Shown: positions 37,701-44,428 of the stretch, in pieces
Layout: each line of letters starts with the position of its first letter
How positions within the stretch are numbered: the first letter of the stretch is position 1
DNA from: an uncultured Clostridia bacterium
Lineage (GTDB): Bacteria; Bacillota; Clostridia; Christensenellales; UBA1242
Length of the DNA stretch: 53,924 nucleotides
Reading direction: 5' to 3'
Assembly (NCBI GenBank): GCA_944349805.1
Contig: CALVNP010000004.1
Coordinates: 1 to 53,924, forward strand
Translations under genes and position numbers: made by a program
The notes under the pieces: model-generated
What the model was told of the DNA's origin: nothing
Seen by the model: only the letters and a program-made list of their open reading frames with translations
Database searches by the model: none

Positions 37701-37929
37701 GTTTGAGTTTGATGTAAGTGATTATAATTTAATTTCCAACGGAACAATAATATCAGTTGATGAAGTTGGAACTTATAACATTGATTGTTCAAATGGAAGC
37801 ATTTACGAATTAGAGATTATTGAAGGTGAAGAATTACAAATAGATTTAAGTGAACTTCTCTCCTTTGATAAAGTAACAGGTGAAGGCTATAATTATACTT
37901 ATACGATTACCAAAAATGAAGCAATATAA
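25744..37929 (+). CDS. Giant (4,061 aa) N-terminally anchored, beta-rich cell-surface protein of unknown family, a putative adhesin/fibril
   Basis: A single uninterrupted ORF of 12.2 kb. ATG at 25744 with SD GGAG. Signal-anchor MRFFKIFLIVFFSLIGVFGITYGIMAA. The remainder is N/T/S/Y/I/E/D-rich with beta-strand-like periodicity. I see no LPXTG, SLH, choline-binding or dockerin motif and no long DNA-level repeats. Confidence 0.8.
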   Translation: MRFFKIFLIVFFSLIGVFGITYGIMAATGYFNQEKISPENISFEKNIYNEVGELDNDGNVSFDMMVTTTTADVTEKSITLSFKNQSLPVVNGRISDGVISIPQYAKIGETFKVYISQEYNETLGSNWNRGGSSTIIAKTDIVGVTQAEAKVNIDVPVSKFSINAVAGNGEVVGSSEGGVSQSPTFSVNSTFTIEPVFYPEESEKKFSGDELKSVYYNFSIPQGNVNDYIEDLGFINGKRTFRALLPTDDSITITAFCFNNSIIENEMEALYQDEEDIISQFTSANGKSASISVSFVTQKIESFTMSQSSAQLPYNKASEIFVNSQNEHDYSLGIEIHSSDTSIDMSYKYEDIGLRIVLDNDVPENAVEVIGYSKIVDGDGKEVSSDYEGVKYYLPNTNLTNMNMSYWTIVTNSPDVYFSYEVIILGEENEFSDTFQGSKTLTSSIWSVAGKVDTQISWKDETPITLVYEDSENQEDIVHKPYNLFNNLEIVEGSYMTIKYIAYMQKNNNENISMQKNNNENISDIISDINTNSLFNFETIFSSFGITDLTNYSYGEIVGDEITTKSVGSFNVIAVVIETDYLGAPILENGKYNVVTIVKSQDYINVVQPLEFTITKTLKYIKSYAIVDKGTLAKITALKNLTIDGIKNAEDENYDEIYAFKYNSTLPSFYVEIVFDKNDKEIFINAWNNNLITIQFINDQNLPTNVITYNMQNIAGTNIVDREDGNTSAIYVPFYVSQVSEDIELSYKLIYQKTAEKQDTFNIYDYNDETTKKFEVYDGNPDEIYFVMIEVVMIEGKENKVETKIETSDENRISESINITTSSETDGIYTAEKITTKYTFDGKDLVADNLYDENGNYYIIYKDKYDNRLGEGDTVTGQGDVGQYERIDEGEGQYHITVSTLTKSSQLSSFPTADLYFEQETLGGNFEIEYRSSWDNGGGELTDAQIGSTIETTITGKTGTTVTLQGGNVINIYYVYNDGNGEEKYLLNEVTQYSSSNISSFTDWLSLESGVLKIKKDFGINANLKLTASVPELNIKQDINLTINPEIVLTGTTIDPTQAGAEDVGENPVYQGVYAEEKFTIELTFERKPNGISATKGTMRTDYLTTDGLTLELNFSASEIGQQVVTIYTGDDVNNTSYGFKQNLYFNVVPNVKVDNSDGSLVYENGVLNLGIKYFNSSQSSLKIFGADGLISLVKRFDRNNEINLDNLNNIYLSFSNIGLSNNDDNFEIINEETGATLSLKSGSVLNDKKEILLYIVYGGGENYQLVQAIKLIVSADIIVGDTTKITGALSTDNSKNLTHTAFANYNTSLEQDKQHLVLVSGYTYTYSNILALFKDSAGKKLTSERYSLSFEAGGKNYTLNDGSISITGSISTYIQSKMTITLNDVGSVVFDVLLVPGDYEFVKYNPTNDKHSNQEYTNLINSVNKNIYLLNDVEYLQDEEIYDSYNGGQTYNIYFDTTDETVINGISSFYKENAIAFNFKIINEDGSSNNYITFNSNTGTMTTGVFGEEKFVRIECWSGNNRIFVYRIKVVPTAVINTYYPYILDKDMEANAVAEYLDFVSDAGLQINLKEKYGESIPNSGKSRFVLENEQEDGSFEEVENASLSFNFSVKSVKVGDITIADNYINDYATISSDGILSINYVASSMVTIVVQAEAFINGQSIGATADYTFIVGYNYENLEFRNGEDLQTSYNKSTITVKNGETINLDDVVALAKVNNEIATKSDLLRFHIYDYLGTNESKIKFDKERNTISLEEGVSLVSDLSFKLVLYTRYGKNTAYKEIDVIFKSTYSAELTADSASLWSSDGEYSTYAGKTIDLSSCLTVKVLNGDTDAIISDWSISDHEVLYEGTSTEDITRSDKELIISSIKKRKVYTITLCIDVGEDETYNYTFNLTVYPHTVTKYTQTNPKDLGEKLATTEFTVEVINKIDGDGNELVPPDEALVPPDYALFKSVYDGAYEFIIIQGRDAIVEEQISGNNIPTKAVAENTTVVIRVDYKTGGPTYISAYITFVVKPNTTVTLNYPSASGEPQTREYVYLKKDSTLTSPPTFDLDLNAPALFQSSKRVDVKTEEGTTGGAVSYEVSYEAKYDDSIFDVPGSNGSYTINWKNDTTVTSGTINFIIKVDGIVRETYVLVVDSNISNVYTYEITPFNDTENDAEIFIVDNNNAMNIFSNRYQLLTFQARSNLGETTITGKNDAKISVDGGSTFLDEITLSSADAGQDIKMILYFSGSSVPTDLLDLYGTDTNSFANFFTIDGGKNFSDIAVPGTAEVKTRFMLYYKGNLVDYSKIKSVLKVGSSDLDKYSLSVQGTSEDELSITITINGNAFATYKYKVVLDFKIGNGKTVQSGFMDTLYANEIVNGILGVSGDTNIWTITRYNGQNYTREYFDEYADRTISMSVFLVTTTNFDYTTFKPSNKYQTGDEILFVEGNSATFNHPCTYSPIISGSKTYDFNLSANGAQYGGNYVIFKVTYSVNIGSETKPKYVTEDVYIMVKILPDWTHTLSNSNNPASIIPNTQQTPLYIYNKNYDNELTSSEVTLPFNIAEGGTSSRVVIKHTKGAETSTNFANAFSYIISDNLKNYISVSSASVGGNIIIEQGNSYPVYGNVEGYIEIKDSFGYSLKYYVVLVASNSSPVSIAQIIDSSGNSADNLVWEDSVFALCDYKTYSEKTDEGRSSLLLSLKADYVILINGYSGIESGKFNFSALKEDTAISGLIQNIKDIDIKGVKYKAFKFNMMGPEFYGGALSVPIRLQISIDVSSENVLIYSDLNLKQRYTTAITNANTNYVLDNVEFDVSNYIDITDRKMGVNLGTAFVGNADYSLNFANVVLPSGYIDVKVEIKREGSVAQSGKMNIYSYQLTGGDQQLFYLSDFEGFESVDFSTYDKSNIQITEIKYYGTGSDPNISSDNISIVKDKKVSLNTINSKDETDSVNLNVQVGTNVKQIEFKLNYDGTQTKSLYYQLNSDPDNSVSEDVIWSVTLSDLPLTSEDRAKVKGMTIYSDTISVLVPQGFGNNTVTFTVNEKDYTYTNNLDYAHYIHIQLSTILGKTYYTSDEIKNETSYTVYTVRITTSSEGVSVTYEGKTSNDITIGDFTIRPITGESELIDIKSINQFNENKKTSIINKGYVVKFAKSSVYNVNTIGYTVTPNPYAVDTAGNTGTFGYKQIDASKYILEDGVYTIKLENWAEGYSVLDASGKIIGTLTEYVNGGKLKLGISDLTPDGFGSGSGSASIDDEGKITTNENFKPGEQSIAVSIKAIVDGNDTIDVGTIYMVLTNNIINFPSVGAYVVQRTAKKLGETSQLVYDSVNVNINTINERQKTIEELFPNKDDGWQYNYTIVKVFEDTSKISTLDDDSSKLSIELKAVQNRTLLKNKKVTAVIQAMSKTSGEILTSEDLVLTFDANGYNLTAIVEDSSEVEDPSDKINVSQNKYHYTVTVLLSTLFGDSLTTGLNYMYYMIITDYGVAQGESTSNVVEITEFNEVGVDQIYVFKTTATKGETSLTKYLGFVADNTDITIALDIGSAFSGTGFTGDGVVYATEFTGLMLDYTNSTISTMFQVGYDSNNKNAFISPSIENDDGTISAPISHSWVMVATSMVATSDSNNIITKYASLLTVSLKYNQSFVFGGVGNFSNSLSDNVSLEDLKNNSSRYVFYDNDNITNYIKQIQFTELNNNYSFYQLSYNSTGETTENYIVKNNSGNATFNLETIEKNDLLELKLICYNNIELGENFVPSTPILIKETYDDGNITKLRVREITQAYKDEMWSLSLPSTDGGIVSLYNQNSPSTINISNGNTYSLEAGLYNDESTKKILYIADGQELTFDTKATVIFKKLVFTIQLGSGTDYIVVTKASDGTVYQIQKVTASDLTIYGASFVGFEFSLDYTIDQIYAYSDELSITMAQGYYVYKLGEENKNILVLKDDELVPISQLIGSETGVVELTKKDISNFDGTDTVQTGDYILLQSKTETNKYSFIKVTTAGQNEDSSLSYIVFEFDVSDYNLISNGTIISVDEVGTYNIDCSNGSIYELEIIEGEELQIDLSELLSFDKVTGEGYNYTYTITKNEAI

Positions 37930-37941
37930 TTTAAGGAGTTT

Positions 37942-39375
37942 ATGGAATACATTTCACTTATTATTTTAATAGTAAACATTATTCTTATTGGAATGATGAT
38001 GCTAATAGAAAGACGCAAGCCCGAGGTTATAATCTCGTGGCTTGTGATTTTAGCATTTGTTCCAATTTTGGGATTCTTGTTTTATATAATTTTTGGAAGT
38101 GGACTCAGCATAAAAACAAAAAGAATGTTAAAAAGAAAAATGCTCTATGAGGGATTATACGAAAACTTTATTTGGGAAGAATTGGTTAAATTGCCAGAGT
38201 TGTCTCCTTCTGAAAGAGAAATAGTTTCATATAATCAAAGAGCATCAAAAAGTTTGCCATATTTTGACAATAATGTGGATTTCTATGTTTCAGGTAAGGA
38301 AAAAATAGAAGCTTTAAAAAAAGACTTGTTAAGTGCTAAGCATTCAATCAATATGGAGTATTACATTTTTGACGACAAGGGCGTTGGTAAAGAGATAATG
38401 GATATTCTTTGCTTAAAAGCAAAGCAAGGGATAAAAGTAAAACTTATATTTGATAGTGTTGGTTGTTTAGGTGCACCTAGAAGATTTTTTAGAAAACTTA
38501 AAAGGGCAGGTGGCGAAGTTGCCGAGTTTTTTCCACCACTTTTTGGTATAAGACTAATAAATCTTAAAATGAATTACAGAAATCACAGAAAAATTGTTGT
38601 TATTGATGGGAGAATAGGCTATACGGGTGGAATCAATTTAAGAGACGACCATATGGGGCTTAAAAAGAAACTTTCTCCTTGGAGAGACTCTCACATTAGA
38701 TTGGAAGGAAATGCCGTTTATGGTTTACAAAATGTTTTTTTTAATGATTGGTTGTTTTGCAAAAAAAAGCATATTTCTTCAACTGAACTTGTAATGCGTG
38801 GGTATTTCCCCAAAATTGAAAAGTGTGGAAATGTGGTATCACAAATTGTAACAAGTGGACCTGAAAGCGAAAATCATTACATTAAAGATGGTTACATTAA
38901 AATGATAAATTCAGCAAAGCGCTATATTGTGCTCCAAACGCCATACTTAGTTCCTGATGATATATTTATGTCGGCATTAAAGCAAGCAATAAAGAGCAAT
39001 GTTAGGGTTATTATAATGCTACCAAGCAAACCAGACAAAAAATTTGTATATTTGGCGACACAGTCGTTTGCAAGGGAAATGGTAGAATGTGGAGCAGAAG
39101 TTTATTTATACAATGGATTTTTACACTCAAAACTTTTAATGATTGATGATACTTGTGTAAGTGTAGGTACTTGTAATGCTGATAACCGTTCTTTTGCGTT
39201 AAATTTTGAAATAAATGCATTTTTGTATGATAAAAAAACTTTGCTTAAATGTTTTGATATCATCAAAAACGACATAAACAATTCCACACCAATAGATATG
39301 ACATATTTCAAGAAAAAGCCCTTTACAAACAAAATAGGTCAAATAATTTTTAGAATGTTTGCTCCTTTACTATGA
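37942..39375 (+). CDS. cls: Cardiolipin synthase (PLD superfamily)
   Basis: 477 aa. Two N-terminal TM helices. Two HKD motifs (NHRKIVVIDG..GG.N and LHSKLLMIDD..VGTCNADNRS). It starts 12 nt after the giant gene stop, with SD AAGGAG. Confidence 0.9.
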   Translation: MEYISLIILIVNIILIGMMMLIERRKPEVIISWLVILAFVPILGFLFYIIFGSGLSIKTKRMLKRKMLYEGLYENFIWEELVKLPELSPSEREIVSYNQRASKSLPYFDNNVDFYVSGKEKIEALKKDLLSAKHSINMEYYIFDDKGVGKEIMDILCLKAKQGIKVKLIFDSVGCLGAPRRFFRKLKRAGGEVAEFFPPLFGIRLINLKMNYRNHRKIVVIDGRIGYTGGINLRDDHMGLKKKLSPWRDSHIRLEGNAVYGLQNVFFNDWLFCKKKHISSTELVMRGYFPKIEKCGNVVSQIVTSGPESENHYIKDGYIKMINSAKRYIVLQTPYLVPDDIFMSALKQAIKSNVRVIIMLPSKPDKKFVYLATQSFAREMVECGAEVYLYNGFLHSKLLMIDDTCVSVGTCNADNRSFALNFEINAFLYDKKTLLKCFDIIKNDINNSTPIDMTYFKKKPFTNKIGQIIFRMFAPLL

Positions 39376-39394
39376 TAAAATTTGTCAAAAACTG

Positions 39395-39423
39395 TTGACA
39401 TTTTTATAAAAAATCATCATAAT
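39395..39423 (+). promoter_or_regulatory. Putative promoter of the DUF4116-like gene
   Basis: TTGACA (39395-39400), a 17-nt spacer, CATAAT (39418-39423). The preceding TGTCAA/TTGACA inverted repeat plus T-run may also act as a weak terminator for cls. Confidence 0.4.
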
Positions 39424-39478
39424 TGCAAGGATTAAATATTATTATAATATTTAATAAAGGACGGTAATCATTTTAATT

Positions 39479-39883
39479 ATGAAAAATTCTAATACGCAGT
39501 TTGTCAATCAATCTGCAACGGAACAAATTAATGTGAACAAAAAACTTGTCTTGGAAATGGTGAAAAGCAACGGGCTTATGTTAAAACATTTTGCTAATAT
39601 TTATGGTGATGATATGGAAGTTGTTGCAGTTGCCGTAAATAACAATGCAAAAGCTTTTGCGTATGCAAGTAAAAGGTTAAGGGAAAGCAGAGTTGTTGCT
39701 AGTTTGTTTGTTGCTGTAAAAGAAGATGCAATTGAAGAAATTTTAAAAAATAAAGATGAAAATGGAAATTTTGATTTCAACAAGGTTTCACATTTAAAAA
39801 ATCAAATCACCACAATTATTGCAATTCATAAAGAAACAATAAAGCTCAGAGATTCAGAAAAATCTATGAGTGAAACAAGATGA
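39479..39883 (+). CDS. DUF4116-repeat protein
   Basis: 134 aa. LEMVKSNGLMLKHFANIYGDDMEVVAVAVNNNAKAFAYASKRLRESRVVA matches the DUF4116 repeat pattern (..G.aL.yas..l..D.e.v..Av..n..al.yas..l). Confidence 0.6.
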   Translation: MKNSNTQFVNQSATEQINVNKKLVLEMVKSNGLMLKHFANIYGDDMEVVAVAVNNNAKAFAYASKRLRESRVVASLFVAVKEDAIEEILKNKDENGNFDFNKVSHLKNQITTIIAIHKETIKLRDSEKSMSETR

Positions 39884-39904
39884 TTTAATAACACAATAAT
39901 TTAG

Positions 39905-39934
39905 AAAAAACACCATATTAATATGGTGTTTTTT
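39905..39934. terminator. Bidirectional intrinsic terminator
   Basis: Palindrome AAAAAACACCATATT/AATATGGTGTTTTTT. Confidence 0.8.
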
Positions 39935-39935
39935 C

Positions 39936-40406
39936 TTATTTAATTTTACTAAAAATTAAATGTGATATTTTATTTGAATTTTTTAATTTATAAATAAATT
40001 CTGGTAATATTTTATAATTTTTTAAATATTTTTTCTTTATCCACAACATTGTTTCATCGTTATTATCTTTATTTAAAAAATTATTTTTTTTGCACAAATC
40101 ATTATTATTATTTAATTTTATATAATAGACAAAATTTAATTCGTGATATTTATTATTATTAAATTCAAAAAACTGCTCTGAAATTTTTATAAGCTTAGGT
40201 TTAATATCTTTAAGACCAAGTTCTTCGTCGAGTTCTCTAACAATAGCGTCATAAGTATTTTCTCCACTATGTACTCTTCCACCAGGCATATTTAAAAAAT
40301 CTGTGTTAATATTTTTCTCTAAAAGATATCGCCCTTTATTTTCAATAAGTGCACAAACTCTAAAATTAAATTTATAATCTTCAATTAAAATTGAAACATC
40401 TTTCAT
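39936..40406 (-). CDS. Nudix hydrolase
   Basis: 156 aa. Nudix box GGRVHSGENTYDAIVRELDEELGL. Confidence 0.75.
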   Translation of the reverse strand: MKDVSILIEDYKFNFRVCALIENKGRYLLEKNINTDFLNMPGGRVHSGENTYDAIVRELDEELGLKDIKPKLIKISEQFFEFNNNKYHELNFVYYIKLNNNNDLCKKNNFLNKDNNDETMLWIKKKYLKNYKILPEFIYKLKNSNKISHLIFSKIK

Positions 40407-40476
40407 ATTGCCCCTTTAAAATGTAGCATATAAGTTTTAAATATTCAAATGTTTATTAGCAAAACATTATTTATTT

Positions 40477-41664
40477 TTACGACTTTTTAGTTTTAAAACT
40501 ACTCAACAAATCGCTTAAAATTGAAAAGCTTTCTCCCAAAACACAAAACACAAGAATACAACCAATTGCTGAATACAATTCTTTTTTATTTTTTTTGTCT
40601 ATAATTTTTACAAAATTAAATTGTTCAATCCATTTATTACTAATATTTAAAACATAGGCATAAGGCAAAACAGAATAAAATAATTCTGGTTCATCTTGAA
40701 CCAATTTTTCAATTTTTTCTTTTTCAGCAACTTCAATATAATGTTTTAAACCTAGTAAACTTCCAAGAACTTTTTTACCATTTTCGTTCCTGTATTCAAT
40801 TAAAGGGCACAAAATATAAGTTATAAGACAAAGCAAACTTGCAACACTTATTAATATTATTGAATACAAACTTGTAAAAGAAAATAATAAATTTATAATA
40901 GCAAGTATTAAGAACAACACAATCCCAGAAAGATATGGAATAATTCCCTTTATTCTTTTATCGGTATAAACTTTACTAGAAATTTTTGAAAAGATAGTGC
41001 TTATTAAGAAAATCACCAATCCACAATAAATAGAAAAATTTCCACCGTTTCCAAGAAAATATGAAATAAAAATTAATGCACTTGTAATGGCTAAAGTAAA
41101 GCATATAGAAATGTTTGTAACTTTTGAACTAAAATATTTTTGAGTGTTTTCTTCTTTAATTTTATATACAAGTTGATTGGAAATAGGAGAGATTATTTCA
41201 GGGAGTTGATTTAGATTTACTTCATCATTTTTTGCGAACATCGTATCAAAAAATATTTTTTCATATTCTTTCATATTTTCATCAGAGTTTTTGAGTTTTT
41301 TAAAAATAATTGTTTTTTCATTTTGATTTATTATTGACAAATATTTTTTTTGTGCCCAATATATAAGCAGAGAACTTACATCTTTATTATCAACAATTTT
41401 ATCTATAACAAATCCAGCATCAGCAGGTGTCATATCATTTGGGGCACTAAATTCAACAATCTCTATAATTTTTTTTCTTCTGTTAATTATAATAAAGGTC
41501 AGTAAAGCAACTAAATAAACAATAAATAAAGCAATAAATACATAGAAAGTAATAGTTGCAAAACTAATTCCTAAAAACTTTTTAATGGATACTATATCAA
41601 TTATTATCAATGAAACAATTAATATGGTTGCAAAAGTAAATACAATTTTTAAAAAACTTTTCAT
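40477..41664 (-). CDS. Polytopic membrane protein related to the C-terminal half of DUF2207 proteins
   Basis: 395 aa. Two N-terminal TM helices, then FSAPNDMTPADAGFVIDKIVDNKDVSSLLIYWAQKKYL (DUF2207-type cytoplasmic segment), then multiple C-terminal TM helices. It lacks the usual N-terminal extracellular domain. Confidence 0.5.
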   Translation of the reverse strand: MKSFLKIVFTFATILIVSLIIIDIVSIKKFLGISFATITFYVFIALFIVYLVALLTFIIINRRKKIIEIVEFSAPNDMTPADAGFVIDKIVDNKDVSSLLIYWAQKKYLSIINQNEKTIIFKKLKNSDENMKEYEKIFFDTMFAKNDEVNLNQLPEIISPISNQLVYKIKEENTQKYFSSKVTNISICFTLAITSALIFISYFLGNGGNFSIYCGLVIFLISTIFSKISSKVYTDKRIKGIIPYLSGIVLFLILAIINLLFSFTSLYSIILISVASLLCLITYILCPLIEYRNENGKKVLGSLLGLKHYIEVAEKEKIEKLVQDEPELFYSVLPYAYVLNISNKWIEQFNFVKIIDKKNKKELYSAIGCILVFCVLGESFSILSDLLSSFKTKKS

Positions 41665-41774
41665 ATAACCCTCTAATATATTTGTCTTTATTGTTTGTTT
41701 TATTAATATATGATAGCATAATTTGAAAAAACAATAAAATAATTTTAAATAATTATAAAAATTATAAAACTTTA

Positions 41775-41803
41775 TTGATTTGCTTAATTTTAACTGATAT
41801 AAT
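41775..41803 (+). promoter_or_regulatory. Putative promoter of the beta-helix/LRR gene
   Basis: TTGATT (41775-41780), a 17-nt spacer, extended -10 TGaTATAAT (41795-41803). Confidence 0.5.
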
Positions 41804-41862
41804 TTTGTTATAGATTTATTAATTTTTCATTAATTGTAAAAAAATATCAAGAAAGGTGAAAT

Positions 41863-44289
41863 ATGAAAAGAACACATAGAATAATTTGGGGAATGATTAT
41901 TATTTTAATTTTAGTTATTTCTGGCCTTTTATTGTACTTTTCTATAAAAACTAATAATGAAATGTCATTATCTGTAAATGATAAAACAATTAATAGAATA
42001 AATAAAATAAGAAGTACTTCCAATACTAATACTAAAACGATTTCTGGAAAAATATATTACATTTCAAATGATGGTGATGACAATGCAGATGGAAAAACGC
42101 CACAAACGGCTTGGAAAACACTTTCAAAATTACAATCGGAATTTGTTGATACTATTCAAAGTGGAGATTGTGTATTATTCAATAGAGGAGATGAGTTTCG
42201 TGGAAATATCACCATAAGTAAAAATAATATACTTTTGGGTTCTTATGGAGATGAGTCAAAACAAAAGCCAATTATAAATGTCTCTCCTTATGATGCTTCA
42301 GTCGAAGGGGATTGGACTTGTGTGGAAGAAAATATTTGGATGTTTAGTGAAATAATAAAGGAAGATGTTGGTGCTATATGGTTTTTCAAAGATGATGATT
42401 CTCTCTCAAACAAACAATATTTTAGTGATTATTCTTATGAAGTAGGACAAAAAATATCGTTTGATGAAAGTTTTATTGAAGAAAATTTGATACTATCCGA
42501 TGTTTTAAACAATGAATTGGAGTTTTATCATAGTGGAAAAGCAAGCAGTGGTAACAATACAGGAAAATATGTTTATGTTTATTCCAAAATTAATCCTAAA
42601 TTAAAGTATGATAAAATTGAGTTCGCAGTTGGCATAAATGGAATTTATGGCAAAACAAACCTTGTAGTCGACAATTTAAAAATTGTATTTGCAGGTAATC
42701 ACGGAATAGGAACGGGTACTGTTGCAAATTTAACTGTGACAAATTGTGAGTTTGGGTTTATTGGGGGTTCTAGACAAAATCAAAACAATGTAAGATTCGG
42801 GAATGCGATTGAAATTTATGGTCAAGTAAAGGAAACAAATGGTTATCCTGTAAAAAGAGGGTTTGTTGTTGATAATAATTATATCTATGAAATCTATGAT
42901 GCTGGTATAACTTTTCAATATACGGCAAATACATCAAGTACAATTGTTGAAAACGTGGAAATAACTAACAATGTTGTTGAAAGGTGTAATTATAGTATTG
43001 AATATTGGAATATTTCTAAATCCACATTGCAAGATAAACAATCTTCTTATATAAAATCTTTTTTTATAAAAAATAACATATTAAGGTACTCAGGATGTGG
43101 AGTTTCTCAAACACGGACAGACAAAGGTCAATCAGCTCATATAAAAACTTGGGTGCACGATTCAGAGTTTGAAAATAAAGTTGTTGATACTTATCAAATT
43201 GAAAACAATACTTTTTATATGTCTTCTGAACAGATGCTTGCATTGTATGCTTGTGATGACGAGTCAATGCCACAAATTAAAAACAATACCTTTGTCAATA
43301 ATCAAACTGTGCCACTTGGGTATATTTACAATAAAAATATATCTAAAAAAACCATTCCGTTTGTCAAATCAAAAATGATAAAATCAGTTCCAAACAATAT
43401 TTTTGAATATGTTGAAAAAATAGATGAAGAAATCATTAGTGGAATAAGCAATGAGGTTGAGTGGGAATTTGACATAAATTCTGGAGTGTTAAATATATAC
43501 GGTAGTGGAGAAATGCAAGACTATACAATAAACAATTTGCCAGAGTGGTGTGCTTATTCAGATTTTGTAAATGAAATAGTAATAGGAGAAAATGTAACCA
43601 AATTGGGCAAATATGCATTTTATAACTTGCAATATGTGGAAAATATAAAAATAAATTGCACAAATTTGCAAAATTTAAGCAATGATAAAATCAACTTTAA
43701 TAATGGGGATAATTATACTTTTTATAAAACAGGTAGAATGTGGTATGGAATCAATGTTGAATTTGGAGAAAATGTAGAAAATATTCCAAGTTTTTTGTTT
43801 TGGCCATCGGGAACAAGCAATGAAGCTCCATATATTGTTGAAATACAATATAGTGGAAATAAAATAATAGATATTGGGAATCACGCATTGTCAGGATTAA
43901 GTTGTCAAGAAATAAATTTGCCAGAAGGTCTGAAAAGTTTGGGTGTTCTCGCAATTAGTAATTCACCAACATTAAAAAAAATCATATTACCCGATTCGCT
44001 TGTAACATTGTCAAGCTGGTGCTTTGCAGGTAACTATTATCTGGAAAGTGTGGTTATAGGAGAAAACATACACTCTTTGGAAAGCAATTTATTTTATAGC
44101 GATGTGAATTTAAAACAAATAATAATAAAGGGAGATTTATATGAAGATGCAAATATTACAAATATATTTTCATCTGATGCAAAGGACATAACTCTTTATG
44201 GAAATAAAACAGTGGAAGACTTTGTAAAAAAATATAATTTAAATAATACCACTCATCAGTTAAAATATTCAATTAATAGTGAGTTATAG
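41863..44289 (+). CDS. N-terminally anchored surface protein with a right-handed parallel beta-helix region and C-terminal BspA-type leucine-rich repeats
   Basis: 808 aa. TM IIWGMIIILILVISGLLLYF. PbH1-like repeats (VDNNYIYEIYDAGITFQ, ITNNVVERCNYSIEYWN, IKNNILRYSG). LRR_5-like repeats (IGENVTKLGKYAFYNLQYVENIKI, LPEGLKSLGVLAISNSPTLKKIILPDSLVTLSSWCFAGNYYLESVVIGENI). Confidence 0.75.
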   Translation: MKRTHRIIWGMIIILILVISGLLLYFSIKTNNEMSLSVNDKTINRINKIRSTSNTNTKTISGKIYYISNDGDDNADGKTPQTAWKTLSKLQSEFVDTIQSGDCVLFNRGDEFRGNITISKNNILLGSYGDESKQKPIINVSPYDASVEGDWTCVEENIWMFSEIIKEDVGAIWFFKDDDSLSNKQYFSDYSYEVGQKISFDESFIEENLILSDVLNNELEFYHSGKASSGNNTGKYVYVYSKINPKLKYDKIEFAVGINGIYGKTNLVVDNLKIVFAGNHGIGTGTVANLTVTNCEFGFIGGSRQNQNNVRFGNAIEIYGQVKETNGYPVKRGFVVDNNYIYEIYDAGITFQYTANTSSTIVENVEITNNVVERCNYSIEYWNISKSTLQDKQSSYIKSFFIKNNILRYSGCGVSQTRTDKGQSAHIKTWVHDSEFENKVVDTYQIENNTFYMSSEQMLALYACDDESMPQIKNNTFVNNQTVPLGYIYNKNISKKTIPFVKSKMIKSVPNNIFEYVEKIDEEIISGISNEVEWEFDINSGVLNIYGSGEMQDYTINNLPEWCAYSDFVNEIVIGENVTKLGKYAFYNLQYVENIKINCTNLQNLSNDKINFNNGDNYTFYKTGRMWYGINVEFGENVENIPSFLFWPSGTSNEAPYIVEIQYSGNKIIDIGNHALSGLSCQEINLPEGLKSLGVLAISNSPTLKKIILPDSLVTLSSWCFAGNYYLESVVIGENIHSLESNLFYSDVNLKQIIIKGDLYEDANITNIFSSDAKDITLYGNKTVEDFVKKYNLNNTTHQLKYSINSEL

Positions 44290-44344
44290 TAAGATTAAAA
44301 ATTACACATAAAATATATTCACGAGTAATATTATTACAAAAAAC

Positions 44345-44371
44345 AAAACTGATAAGCTGTTCTTATCAGTT
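44345..44371 (+). terminator. Possible terminator of the LRR gene
   Basis: CTGATAAG (44348-44355) / CTTATCAG (44361-44368). Only a short T-run follows. Confidence 0.4.
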
Positions 44372-44428
44372 TCACTTGGTAAAGAAATGGTTGATTGTTG
44401 TTAATGAATATTTTATGTCATAATAATA

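Noticed and set aside
42730-43954. Short ORFs on both strands within the beta-helix/LRR gene. The same applies to those within cls, the ArsP_2-like gene, pgm, the peptidase and the other genes.
   Set aside because: They are shadow or alternate-frame ORFs inside genes that have strong motif support.
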